Origin: an uncultured delta proteobacterium
GTDB taxonomy: Bacteria; Myxococcota; Myxococcia; Myxococcales; Anaeromyxobacteraceae
Assembly: GCA_963828255.1 (NCBI GenBank)
Contig: CAWHDZ010000040.1
Span: 192,001 to 256,000 of the forward strand
Direction of reading: 5' to 3'
Length of the DNA stretch: 64,000 nucleotides
In this document: in pieces, positions 51,156 to 60,337 of the stretch
How positions within the stretch are numbered: position 1 is the stretch's first letter
Layout: each line of letters opens with the position of its first letter
The notes under the pieces: generated by a model
Seen by the model: the letters and a program-made list of their open reading frames with translations, nothing else
Database searches by the model: none
Told to the model about the DNA's origin: nothing
Program-made: the position numbers and the translations under genes

Positions 51156-52546
51156 CGGCGGGGACGGGGACCGCGGCGGCCTTCGAGGAGCTGCGGGCCG
51201 CCTTCCCGGCCGGGCGGCTGGTCGAGGACGCGGAACGGCTCGCCGTGTACGGCACGGACGAGTCCGACCTGGGGGTCTTCCCACCAGGACTGGTGGTGAA
51301 GGTGGAGTCGGCCGAGGAGGTGCGCACCGTCTTCGCCGTCGCCTCGCGCCACCGGGTCCCGGTGGTGCCCATCTCGGCGCGCACCGGGAAGTCGGGAGGG
51401 TCGCTCGCCATCCACGGCGGCATCGGGGTGTCGGTGGAGCGGATGGACCGCATCCTCGAGATCCGGCCCGGCGACCTCACCGCCCGGCTCCAGCCCGCGG
51501 TGATCACCGGCGTGTTCCAGGCCGAGGTGGAGAAGCACGGGCTCTTCTACCCGCCCGATCCCAACTCCCTCGACACCTGCACCATCGGCGGAAACGTGGC
51601 CGAGAACGCCGGGGGGCCCCGGGCGCTCCGCTACGGCGTCACGCGGGAGTACGTGCTCGGCCTCGAGGTGGTGATCCCCACCGGCGAGATCCTCCGGGTG
51701 GGGCGGCAGACCATCAAGGGCGTGGCTGGCTACGACCTCACCGCGCTCTTCGTGGGGAGCGAGGGGACGCTCGGCATCGTCACCGAGGTGACGGTGAAGC
51801 TCCTGCCGCGCCCGCGCCACGTGGCCACCGCGCTGGTCTGCTTCCCCGACCTGGACACCGCGGCCCGGGCGGTGAGCCGCGTGCTGGCCGAGGGGGTCAT
51901 CCCGCGCTGCCTCGAGCTCATCGACGACGTCTCGGTCCAGGCCATCGCGAAGGGCTCGCCGTTCCAGCTGCCGCCCGGCGCCGGCGCGGCGCTCCTCTTC
52001 GAGACCGACGGCAACGACGAGGAGCAGGTCTTCGCGGAGATGGCCCGGGTGGCCGAGATGGTCCGGGGCAGCGCCTCGGGCGAGGTGATCGTCGCCCAGA
52101 ACGAGGCCCAGCGCCGGGACATCTGGGAGACCCGCAAGTACCTGTCGGTGGCCCTGAAGAAGCTCGCCACGGCCAAGCTCTCCGAGGACGTCGCGGTGCC
52201 CCGCTCGCGCATCCCCGAGATGGTGGCGCGCAGCCGGGAGATCGGGAAGGTCCACGGCCTGCTGGTCGCCACCTACGGCCACGCCGGGGACGGAAACCTC
52301 CACTGCAACGTGCTCTTCGACGGCGAACGCCAGCGGGAGGCCGCCGAGGCGGCCGTCGCCGACATCCTCAGGGCCGCCGTGGACATGGGCGGGACGATCA
52401 CCGGGGAGCACGGGGTGGGGCTCGCAAAGCGGGACTTCCTCGAGTACGAGCAGGGCGCGGCGGTTCTCGGGCTGGAGCGGCGCCTCAAGGCGACCTTCGA
52501 TCCGCTGGGGATCCTGAACCCGGGGAAGATGTTCCCGGAATCCTGA
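51152..52546 (+). CDS. FAD-linked 2-hydroxyacid oxidase/dehydrogenase (GlcD-like)
   Basis: YPPDPNS, IGGNVAENAGG, GSEGTLG, GHAGDGNLH, GEHGVG, ILNPGK. Confidence 0.9.
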   Translation: MTAGTGTAAAFEELRAAFPAGRLVEDAERLAVYGTDESDLGVFPPGLVVKVESAEEVRTVFAVASRHRVPVVPISARTGKSGGSLAIHGGIGVSVERMDRILEIRPGDLTARLQPAVITGVFQAEVEKHGLFYPPDPNSLDTCTIGGNVAENAGGPRALRYGVTREYVLGLEVVIPTGEILRVGRQTIKGVAGYDLTALFVGSEGTLGIVTEVTVKLLPRPRHVATALVCFPDLDTAARAVSRVLAEGVIPRCLELIDDVSVQAIAKGSPFQLPPGAGAALLFETDGNDEEQVFAEMARVAEMVRGSASGEVIVAQNEAQRRDIWETRKYLSVALKKLATAKLSEDVAVPRSRIPEMVARSREIGKVHGLLVATYGHAGDGNLHCNVLFDGERQREAAEAAVADILRAAVDMGGTITGEHGVGLAKRDFLEYEQGAAVLGLERRLKATFDPLGILNPGKMFPES

Positions 52547-52737
52547 GGGCCCTCCAAGGTCCAGGCGGAATCGCGCAGTGGTTGCGGCGGTTTCCGCGCT
52601 TCCCGGGGGTTTGTTCTTGCCTTGACAACGATCCAGCGATCCGGCATCAAGTTAACCCCCTCGGTACCCGGCAAGGACGATTCCGCCGCGCCAGGGCCCC
52701 TCCCGCGAAGGCCCCCGTCAAGGAGACGAAGGACGAC

Positions 52738-54597
52738 ATGCAACCCAACACTGGAAAGACCCGGCCGGTCGAGCAGGTCGAAGGCGTCACCATCCGCTTC
52801 GTCGGCGACTCCGGCGACGGCATGCAGCTGGTCGGGTCGGAGTTCACCAAGGCCTCCGCCATCGCCGGAAACGACCTGGCGACCTTCCCCGACTTCCCCG
52901 CCGAGATTCGCGCCCCCACGGGCTCGCTGGCCGGCGTCTCCGGTTACCAGGTCAACTTCGGGTCCAGGGACATCTTCACCCCGGGTGACCAGCCCGACGT
53001 CCTCGTGGCCATGAACCCGGCCGCCCTGAAGACCAACCTCCAGGACCTCCGGCCGGGCGGCATCCTCATCACCAACAGCGGGGCCTACACCGAGGGCAAC
53101 CTCGAGAAGGCCGGCTACAAGACCCACCCGCTCGACGACGACGCCCTGAAGAAGAACTACAAGGTCGTCTCGGTCGACATGGACAAGCTCACCCAGGCCG
53201 CGCTGGCCGGGTCGGGGCTCTCCAACAAGGACGTGGCCCGCTGCAGGAACTACTTCGCGCTGGGCATGATGTACTGGCTCTACAGCCGCCCGCCCGAGCC
53301 GCAGCTCGAGAACATCCGGGCCAAGTTCAAGAAGAAGCCGGAGATCGCCGAGGCCAACGTCAAGGTGTTCCAGGCCGGTCACGCCTTCGGCGAGACCACC
53401 GAGCTCTTCGTCTCCCAGTACAGGGTGCCGGCGGCCAAGCTGGCGCCGGGAACCTACCGGAACGTGACCGGCAACGGCGCCGCGGCCCTTGCGCTGGCCA
53501 CCGTGGCCAAGCTCACCGGCCGCGAGGTCTTCCTGGGAAGCTACCCCATCACCCCGGCCACCGAGATCCTCCAGGACTCCTCCTACTTCAAGGACATGGG
53601 GGTCGTGACCTACCAGGCCGAGGACGAGATCGCCGGCATCGGCTCCGCCATCGGCGCCTCCTTCGGTGGCTCCCTGGGCGTGACCACCACCTCCGGCCCG
53701 GGGCTCGCGCTCAAGTCGGAGATGCTGGGCCTCGCGGTCATCGCCGAGCTGCCCCTGGTCGTCATCGACGTGCAGCGCGGCGGCCCCTCCACGGGCATGC
53801 CCACCAAGACCGAGCAGTCCGACCTCTACATCGCGCTCTTCGGCCGCCACGGCGAGGCGCCCATGCCGGTCATCGCGGCGCGCAGCCCGGCCGACTGCTA
53901 CTACGCGACGCTGGAGGGGTTCCAGATCGCCATCAAGTGGATGACCCCGGTGCTCGTGCTCACCGACGGGTACCTTGGCTTCGGCTCCGAGCCGTTCCGC
54001 ATCCCCGAGGAGGGCGAGATGAAGCCCTTCGAGGTCAAGTACCAGACCACGCCCAACTACAACGGGCAGTACATGCCGTACCTGCGCGACGCCAAGCTCA
54101 TCCGCCCCTGGGCGGTCCCGGGCACGGCCGGCCTCGAACACCGCATCGGCGGCCTCGAGAAGGACTCCATGTCGGGCATGGTCTCCTACGACGGCATGAA
54201 CCACGAGAAGATGGTGAAGACCCGCGCCCAGAAGATCCGCAACGTCATCGAGGACGTCCCCGACGTCGTCGTGGACGGCGAGCCCACCGGCGACCTGCTG
54301 CTCCTCTCCTGGGGCGGCACCTACGGCTCGGTCCGCGGCGCCGCCGCCCGGCTCCGCGCCCAGGGCAAGAAGGTCGGGCACGTGCACTTGCGCTGGCTCA
54401 ACCCGCTTCCGAAGAACCTCGGCGCGGTGCTCAAGGCCTTCAAGAAGGTGCTGGTTCCCGAGGTCAACGACGGCCAGCTGGCCAACTACATGCGCATGTC
54501 CTTCCCGGGTCTCGATCCGCTGCAGTTCAACCGGATCAACGGCAAGGCCATCAAGATCAGCGAGCTGACCGCCAAGGTCAACGAGATCCTGGGCTAG
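52738..54597 (+). CDS. 2-oxoacid:ferredoxin oxidoreductase alpha subunit (KorA-like)
   Basis: GDSGDGMQL, YPITP, QAEDEI, TSGPG, QRGGPSTG. Confidence 0.93.
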   Translation: MQPNTGKTRPVEQVEGVTIRFVGDSGDGMQLVGSEFTKASAIAGNDLATFPDFPAEIRAPTGSLAGVSGYQVNFGSRDIFTPGDQPDVLVAMNPAALKTNLQDLRPGGILITNSGAYTEGNLEKAGYKTHPLDDDALKKNYKVVSVDMDKLTQAALAGSGLSNKDVARCRNYFALGMMYWLYSRPPEPQLENIRAKFKKKPEIAEANVKVFQAGHAFGETTELFVSQYRVPAAKLAPGTYRNVTGNGAAALALATVAKLTGREVFLGSYPITPATEILQDSSYFKDMGVVTYQAEDEIAGIGSAIGASFGGSLGVTTTSGPGLALKSEMLGLAVIAELPLVVIDVQRGGPSTGMPTKTEQSDLYIALFGRHGEAPMPVIAARSPADCYYATLEGFQIAIKWMTPVLVLTDGYLGFGSEPFRIPEEGEMKPFEVKYQTTPNYNGQYMPYLRDAKLIRPWAVPGTAGLEHRIGGLEKDSMSGMVSYDGMNHEKMVKTRAQKIRNVIEDVPDVVVDGEPTGDLLLLSWGGTYGSVRGAAARLRAQGKKVGHVHLRWLNPLPKNLGAVLKAFKKVLVPEVNDGQLANYMRMSFPGLDPLQFNRINGKAIKISELTAKVNEILG

Positions 54598-54618
54598 GCC
54601 CGGAAGGAAAACACGACC

Positions 54619-55665
54619 ATGAGCGCAAACGGCCAGACCCAGAATCCCGTGCCCACCTACACCAAGAAGGACTTCGAGTCCGGAGTCGATCCGCGCTGGT
54701 GTCCCGGGTGCGGCGACTTCTCCATCATCAACCAGGTCCAGAAGGCCATGCCCAACGTGGGCGTGGCCCGCGAGAACATCGTCTTCATCTCCGGCATCGG
54801 ATGCTCGTCGCGCTTCCCGTACTACATGAACAACTACGGGATGCACACGCTGCACGGCCGCGCGCCCTCCTTCGCCTCCGGGCTCAAGGTGTCGCGTCCG
54901 GAGCTGATGGTGTGGGTGATCACCGGCGACGGCGACGCGCTCGCCATCGGCGGCAACCACTTCATCCACACGATGCGGCGAAACCTGGACGTCAAGGTGT
55001 TGATGTTCAACAACCGCATCTACGGCCTCACCAAGGGGCAGGTCTCCCCGACCTCGCTCCTCGGCCAGAAGACCAAGACCACGCCTCACGGCTCGCCGGA
55101 CTATCCGTTCAACGCCCCGGCGCTGGCGCTGGGCGCGGGCGCCACCTTCGTGGCCCGCTCCATCGACGTCGAGGGCGCCCACATGGGCGGCGTCATCGCC
55201 GCGGCCGCCGCCCACAAGGGCAGCACCTTCGTGGAGGTCTTCCAGAACTGCCCGGTGTTCAACGACGGCGCCTACACGTTCCTCACCGACAAGGCCGTCA
55301 AGACCGAGGCCATCCTCCGCATGGAGGCGGGCAAGCCGCTGCTCTTCGGCAAGGACAACAAGAAGGGCATCCGGTTCGACGGGCAAAAGGCCGAGCTCCA
55401 GGTGGTGACGCTGGGCGAGGACGGGGTGACCGAGAAGGACATCCTGGTCCACGACCCGACCCGCTCCGATCCGACCATCGCCTTCATGATGGCGAACCTG
55501 TCCGACCGGGCCGGGTTCCCGACCCCCATCGGCATCTTCCGCGACGTCCGCAAGCCCACCGCCGACGAGATGACCTGGGAGATGATCGCGGCGACCAAGG
55601 CCAAGAAGGGCGAGAGGTCGCTCGTGAAGTTCCTCTCCGACGCCGACACCTGGCAGGTGAAGTAG
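54619..55665 (+). CDS. 2-oxoacid:ferredoxin oxidoreductase beta subunit (KorB-like)
   Basis: WCPGCGD, SGIGCS, HGRA, GDGD..IGGNH, YGLTKGQ, QNCPVFN. Confidence 0.93.
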   Translation: MSANGQTQNPVPTYTKKDFESGVDPRWCPGCGDFSIINQVQKAMPNVGVARENIVFISGIGCSSRFPYYMNNYGMHTLHGRAPSFASGLKVSRPELMVWVITGDGDALAIGGNHFIHTMRRNLDVKVLMFNNRIYGLTKGQVSPTSLLGQKTKTTPHGSPDYPFNAPALALGAGATFVARSIDVEGAHMGGVIAAAAAHKGSTFVEVFQNCPVFNDGAYTFLTDKAVKTEAILRMEAGKPLLFGKDNKKGIRFDGQKAELQVVTLGEDGVTEKDILVHDPTRSDPTIAFMMANLSDRAGFPTPIGIFRDVRKPTADEMTWEMIAATKAKKGERSLVKFLSDADTWQVK

Positions 55666-55696
55666 CGCAGGGTTCCGGCCGGGAACCGGTCTCGAT

Positions 55697-56518
55697 TCAG
55701 GGGGCGCCGGCGCGATCCGGCGCCCCTCTTCGTTGGTGGGCCGAGCAGAGGGCGCCGGCCTTCGAGAAGGGGGGCGCTGCCTCGGCGCAGCGGGCGCAGG
55801 CGTCGTCGGCGTCTGCGCGCCTCCCGGCGGCCTCGAGCGCGGCGCAGGCGCCCAGCCAGGCCTCGGCCATCGAGGGGTCGAGCCGGGCGGCACGGGCGTA
55901 GCTCATGGCCGCGCCGTCCAGGTCCCCCCGCAGCCAGGAGACCCAGCCCAGGTCGTGGTGGACGAGGGCCAGGCCGGGACGGGCCTCCACGGCGTGGAGC
56001 AGGTCGCGCCGGGCCCGGTCGAGCAGCAGGCGCCGCTCCTCCGAGCTGGCCATCAGGGCGCGGCGGGCCAGGAACCGAGCCCTGACCAGCCGGGCCGCGA
56101 CCTGGTCGGGATCGACCTGCAGTGAATCGCCCAGGGCGGCCTCGCCCGCCGCCGCGTCCCCCAGGGCCAGCAGGGCCTCGCCCCGGCCGGCATGCCCCTC
56201 GGCCAGGTCGGGGTCCGCGGCGACGGCGGCGTCGAACTGGGCCAGGGCCTCGCGGGCCCGCCCGTCGGCGCGCAGGGCGACGCCCAGCCCGGCCCGGGCC
56301 TCGGCCAGGTCGGGCGCCATCTCCAGTGCGTGCTCGAAGGCGACCTCGGCCCGTTCTCGATCCCCGGCCCCCAGGTGGGTGTAGCCGCGGCGAACCTGCT
56401 CGACCGCCCGGGGATGCGGGTTGGAGGAGACGCAGGAGAGGGGGAGGATGGCGGCGACGAGAAGAGCCCGGGGGAGGAGGGCGGCGGGGGACGGGGCGGC
56501 GAGCGTGGAACGGGGCAT
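55697..56518 (-). CDS. TPR-repeat lipoprotein
   Basis: Hydrophobic signal ending LPLSC; repeated A...P..AEA...LG TPR pattern. Confidence 0.75.
   Translation of the reverse strand: MPRSTLAAPSPAALLPRALLVAAILPLSCVSSNPHPRAVEQVRRGYTHLGAGDRERAEVAFEHALEMAPDLAEARAGLGVALRADGRAREALAQFDAAVAADPDLAEGHAGRGEALLALGDAAAGEAALGDSLQVDPDQVAARLVRARFLARRALMASSEERRLLLDRARRDLLHAVEARPGLALVHHDLGWVSWLRGDLDGAAMSYARAARLDPSMAEAWLGACAALEAAGRRADADDACARCAEAAPPFSKAGALCSAHQRRGAPDRAGAP
55700..55730 (+). terminator. Hairpin after the oxidoreductase operon
   Basis: ggggcgccgg-cgcgat-ccggcgcccc followed by tctt. Confidence 0.55.
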
Positions 56519-56663
56519 CGCCGCCGGTGGAGCGTCCGGCGTGCCGGCGGCCGGGGCGCGAATGCCCGGACTCGCGGTTGCGCCGTGGGTCGCGGCACGG
56601 ACGGAGGGTACGCGGGGCGAATCGTTGACACTACATGCGTGGCCACATAGGTTCGCAGGACCG

Positions 56664-56855
56664 ATGGCCCGGAAGAAGATCTCGACGACCGTGTACATCA
56701 CGCCCGAGCAGGACGAGCGCTTGAAGCTGCTCAACGAGCGGACCAAGGTGCCGGTCGCGGAGTACATCCGGCAGGGCATCGACCTGGTCCTCGAGCGGTA
56801 CCGCACCGCGCTGCCCGGTCAACTCACGCTGGACGAGCTGGATCGGAAGGGGTAG
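56664..56855 (+). CDS. Ribbon-helix-helix DNA-binding protein
   Basis: KISTTVYI beta strand followed by helices LKLLNERTKVPVAEYIRQGIDLVL; AGGA RBS; TTGACA at 56624. Confidence 0.82.
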   Translation: MARKKISTTVYITPEQDERLKLLNERTKVPVAEYIRQGIDLVLERYRTALPGQLTLDELDRKG

Positions 56856-56867
56856 CCGGTCACCCGC

Positions 56868-57809
56868 ATGATCGAGAAGCGCGTCGTCATCCTCGGTGCC
56901 GCAGGATTCATCGGAAGCCACCTCACCGACCGGTTCCTCTCGGAGGGCTTCTCGGTGCTCGGCGTGGACAGCCTGATCACCGGCACGATGCGCAACCTGC
57001 GCCACATGGAGGGGAACTCGCGGTTCACCTTCTCGAAGGCCGACATCTGCGACGGTCTCGACTGGGTCGAGGGGCCGGTGGACGCGGTGCTCGACTTCGC
57101 CTCGCCGGCGTCGCCCATCGACTACCTGGAAAAGCCCTTCGAGACCCTCAAGGTCGGGTCGGTGGGCGTGGAGAAGGCGCTCGACCTGGCCCGCGCGAAG
57201 GGCGCGACGTTCCTGCTCGCCTCCACCTCCGAGGTCTACGGCGACCCGCTCGAGCACCCCCAGAAGGAGACCTACTGGGGAAACGTGAACCCGGTGGGGC
57301 CGCGCGCCGTCTACGACGAGGCCAAGCGCTTCGCCGAGGCCATCACCATGGCCTACCACCGGTACCGGAAGGTGGACACCCGCATCGCCCGCATCTTCAA
57401 CACCTACGGGCCGCGCATGCGGCTCGACGACGGCCGGGTGGTCCCCACGCTGGTCTCCCAGGCCCTGCGCGGCCAGCCGCTCACCGTCTTCGGCGACGGG
57501 TCGCAGACCCGCAGCTTCTGCTACGTGGACGACAACGTCGAGGGCATGTGGCGGCTCCTGCGCACGCCGGACCACGACCCCGTCAACATCGGCAACCCGG
57601 ACGAGATGACCATCCTGGCGTTCGCCCGCTCGGTGCAGCGGCTCTGCGGACGGGACGTGCCCATCGAGCACCGGCCGCTGCCACAGGACGACCCGCGCGT
57701 CCGCAAGCCCGACATCACCCGGGCCCGGGCGCTCCTCGGGTGGGAGCCCAGGGTGGGCTTCGACGAGGGGATGCAGCGCAGCATCGAGTGGTTCCGCCAG
57801 CAGATCTGA
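56868..57809 (+). CDS. UDP-glucuronate decarboxylase-like extended SDR
   Basis: [49 protein letters not shown]. Confidence 0.9.
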   Translation: MIEKRVVILGAAGFIGSHLTDRFLSEGFSVLGVDSLITGTMRNLRHMEGNSRFTFSKADICDGLDWVEGPVDAVLDFASPASPIDYLEKPFETLKVGSVGVEKALDLARAKGATFLLASTSEVYGDPLEHPQKETYWGNVNPVGPRAVYDEAKRFAEAITMAYHRYRKVDTRIARIFNTYGPRMRLDDGRVVPTLVSQALRGQPLTVFGDGSQTRSFCYVDDNVEGMWRLLRTPDHDPVNIGNPDEMTILAFARSVQRLCGRDVPIEHRPLPQDDPRVRKPDITRARALLGWEPRVGFDEGMQRSIEWFRQQI

Positions 57810-57820
57810 GGGAGGGGCGC

Positions 57821-58747
57821 ATGGCCGCAAGGATCCTCATCACCGGGGGAGCCGGGTTCATCGGCTCGACCATCGCCGACCGCTTCGTGGCGGCGGGGTG
57901 GGACGTGGCGGTGGTAGACGACCTCTCCTCGGGCAAGCGGGAGAACGTGCCCGACCAGGCCCGCTTCTATCCCTGCGACGTGCGCAGCGCCGCCGCCGCC
58001 GAGGCGGTCGAGCGGGAGCGCCCCGACGTCCTCTGTCACCACGCCGCCCAGATCGACGTGCGCCGGTCCATGGCCGATCCCCGCTACGACGTGGACGTGA
58101 ACCTGGGAGGGCTCGTGAACCTCCTCTCCGCCGCCGCCCGGGCCGGGGTGCGCCACGTGACCTTCGCCTCCAGCGGCGGCGCCGCCTACGGCGAGACCGA
58201 CCGCATCCCCACGCCGGAGGACGAACCCACCCGTCCGGTGTCGGTCTACGGGGCATCCAAGGCCGCGAGCGAGCTCTTCCTGGGGGTGTGGCGGGCGGCC
58301 CACGGCATCACCTCCACGGCGCTCCGCTACGGCAACGTCTACGGACCCCGCCAGGACCCGCACGGCGAGGCCGGCGTGGTGGCCATCTTCGCCGGGCGCC
58401 TCCTCGCCGGGGAACCCTGCACGGTGAATGGCGACGGCGGCCAGACCCGCGACTACGTCTTCGTGGACGACGTGGCCCGGGCCAACCTGCTCGCCGCGGA
58501 GAAGCGGCACGACGGGGCGCTCAACGTGGGCACCGGGGTGGAGTCCGACGTGAACCGGATCTACCGGATCCTGGCCGATGCCGCCGGTGTGCCCGCCGAC
58601 GCGATCCACGGGCCCGCCAAGCCGGGCGAGCAGCGCCGTTCCTGCATCGACCCGTCCGCCGCCGGGCGGGTGCTGGGCTGGCGCGCCTCGGTGTCCCTCG
58701 AGGACGGGCTCCGCCGGACGCTGGAGTGGTTCCGCGCCCGGCGCTGA
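57821..58747 (+). CDS. UDP-glucose 4-epimerase-like NAD-dependent epimerase
   Basis: TGGAGFIGS, HHAAQIDV, YGASK, RYGNVYGPRQ, GEAGVV, TRDYVFV. Confidence 0.88.
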   Translation: MAARILITGGAGFIGSTIADRFVAAGWDVAVVDDLSSGKRENVPDQARFYPCDVRSAAAAEAVERERPDVLCHHAAQIDVRRSMADPRYDVDVNLGGLVNLLSAAARAGVRHVTFASSGGAAYGETDRIPTPEDEPTRPVSVYGASKAASELFLGVWRAAHGITSTALRYGNVYGPRQDPHGEAGVVAIFAGRLLAGEPCTVNGDGGQTRDYVFVDDVARANLLAAEKRHDGALNVGTGVESDVNRIYRILADAAGVPADAIHGPAKPGEQRRSCIDPSAAGRVLGWRASVSLEDGLRRTLEWFRARR

Positions 58748-58762
58748 GCCGGGACCCCGGCG

Positions 58763-59620
58763 CTACCGGTCCTCGGGCGGCTCCTCCTCCAGGTCGGAGG
58801 GAAGGCTGGCCGGCGAGGCCAGGAGCCGCTCCAGCTCGGCCCGCGCGGCTGGCGCCTCCTCCGCCGTCACCGTTCCGTTGCGCTCGAGCAGCCCCAGGAT
58901 CCGGCGCGCCCGGCGGGCCAGCCAGCGCGGCGCCGGGCTGAGGGCCGCGCGCCGGGGCGCGGGCAGCATGGCGGCGAGCACCGCGGCCTGGGCCGGGGAG
59001 AGGTCGCGCGCCGAGGTCCGGAACCAGCGGTGCGCCGCCGCCTCGGCGCCGAAGACCCCGTTTCCCCACTCGGCGACGTCCAGGTAGAGCGTGAGGATGC
59101 GCCGCTTCCCCAGGGAGCGCTCCATCTTCACGGTGAGCAACGCCTCGCGCGCCTTGCGCAGCCAGCTCCGCTCGGTGCCCAGCCAGAGGTTCTTGGCGAG
59201 CTGCTGGGTGATGGTCGACGCGCCGCGGATGGTGCGCCCGGCCTTCCAGTTCTGCGCGGCGGCGTTCTGGATCTCGTCCCAGTCGAAGCCGGTGTGGCCG
59301 AAGAAGGAGGCGTCCTCGGAGGCGACGACGGCGCGCTGCAGGCGCGGCGAGATGCGGTCGAGCGCCACCGGGCGGAAGTCGGGCCGGAAGGGTTTCCCGG
59401 AGCGGGCCGACTCGGCGCGCCGCTGCTCGATGAGGGCGGTGGTGGAAGGCGTCCGGGTGGCGAACCCCGCGGGGTCGGGCAGGGAGAACCAGAGGGCCGC
59501 GGCTGCGCCGGCGGCCAGGGCGAGGAGGGCGAGGAGGGCCAGGCCGACCCTGCCGAGACGCCCCGTGCGGCCCGTTCGGGGCGTTCGGGGCGCGCCGGCC
59601 CGGTTTCCACCCTTTCGCAT
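58763..59620 (-). CDS. mtgA: Monofunctional peptidoglycan transglycosylase
   Basis: ASEDASFFGHTGFD, RGASTITQQLAKNL, RKARE, KRRILTLYL, EWGNGVFGAEAAA. Confidence 0.9.
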   Translation of the reverse strand: MRKGGNRAGAPRTPRTGRTGRLGRVGLALLALLALAAGAAAALWFSLPDPAGFATRTPSTTALIEQRRAESARSGKPFRPDFRPVALDRISPRLQRAVVASEDASFFGHTGFDWDEIQNAAAQNWKAGRTIRGASTITQQLAKNLWLGTERSWLRKAREALLTVKMERSLGKRRILTLYLDVAEWGNGVFGAEAAAHRWFRTSARDLSPAQAAVLAAMLPAPRRAALSPAPRWLARRARRILGLLERNGTVTAEEAPAARAELERLLASPASLPSDLEEEPPEDR

Positions 59621-59731
59621 GGACGCGGCCACGCGCTTGCCTACCACATGGGCGAGCGGACCGGGGGCCGGTGGATTACATGCCCGGAAACTCCCGAACG
59701 GGCGGCACGCGTTGCCGCGGAGGAACACAAC

Positions 59732-60334
59732 ATGAGCGTGAAGCTCTACAAGCCCCAGGACTTCTCGAAGGTGCGCGGCCTCGCCGGAATCTCCAACGAT
59801 CAGATCGAGGAGCACCTCAAGCTCTACGAGGGCTACGTGAAGCGCACCAACGCGCTCACCGAGAAGCTCGAGGGGCTGGCCAAGGAGGGCAAGGCCTCCG
59901 GCGCCGATCCGGTCTACGCCGAGCTGACCCGCCGGCTGGGCTTCGAGTACGGCGGCATCGTGAACCACGAGTACTACTTCGGGAACCTCACCGCGGGCGC
60001 CCAGGCCGAGCCGCCGGCAGGGTCCAGGCTGGCGAAGGCCATCGAGGCCTCCTTCGGCAGCCTCTCCACCTACCTGGCCGACTTCAAGGCCATCGCCACC
60101 ATGCCGGGAATCGGCTGGGCCATGACCTTCCAGGACCCGGGCACCGGCTGGCTCTCCAACCAGTTCGTCACCCTCCACGAGAACGGGGTCCCGCCCGGCT
60201 TCCGGCCCATCCTGGTCCTCGACGGGTGGGAGCACGCCTTCATGCGCGACTACAAGGCCTTCGAGCGCGGCAAGTACGTCGAGGCGTTCTTCAAGAACGT
60301 CGACTGGGCGGCGGTCGAGGCCCGGCTGAAGTAG
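59732..60334 (+). CDS. Fe/Mn superoxide dismutase family protein (ChrC-like subgroup)
   Basis: EHLKLYEGYV, NHEYYFGNL, GIGWA, DGWEHAF. Confidence 0.88.
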   Translation: MSVKLYKPQDFSKVRGLAGISNDQIEEHLKLYEGYVKRTNALTEKLEGLAKEGKASGADPVYAELTRRLGFEYGGIVNHEYYFGNLTAGAQAEPPAGSRLAKAIEASFGSLSTYLADFKAIATMPGIGWAMTFQDPGTGWLSNQFVTLHENGVPPGFRPILVLDGWEHAFMRDYKAFERGKYVEAFFKNVDWAAVEARLK

Positions 60335-60337
60335 GCC

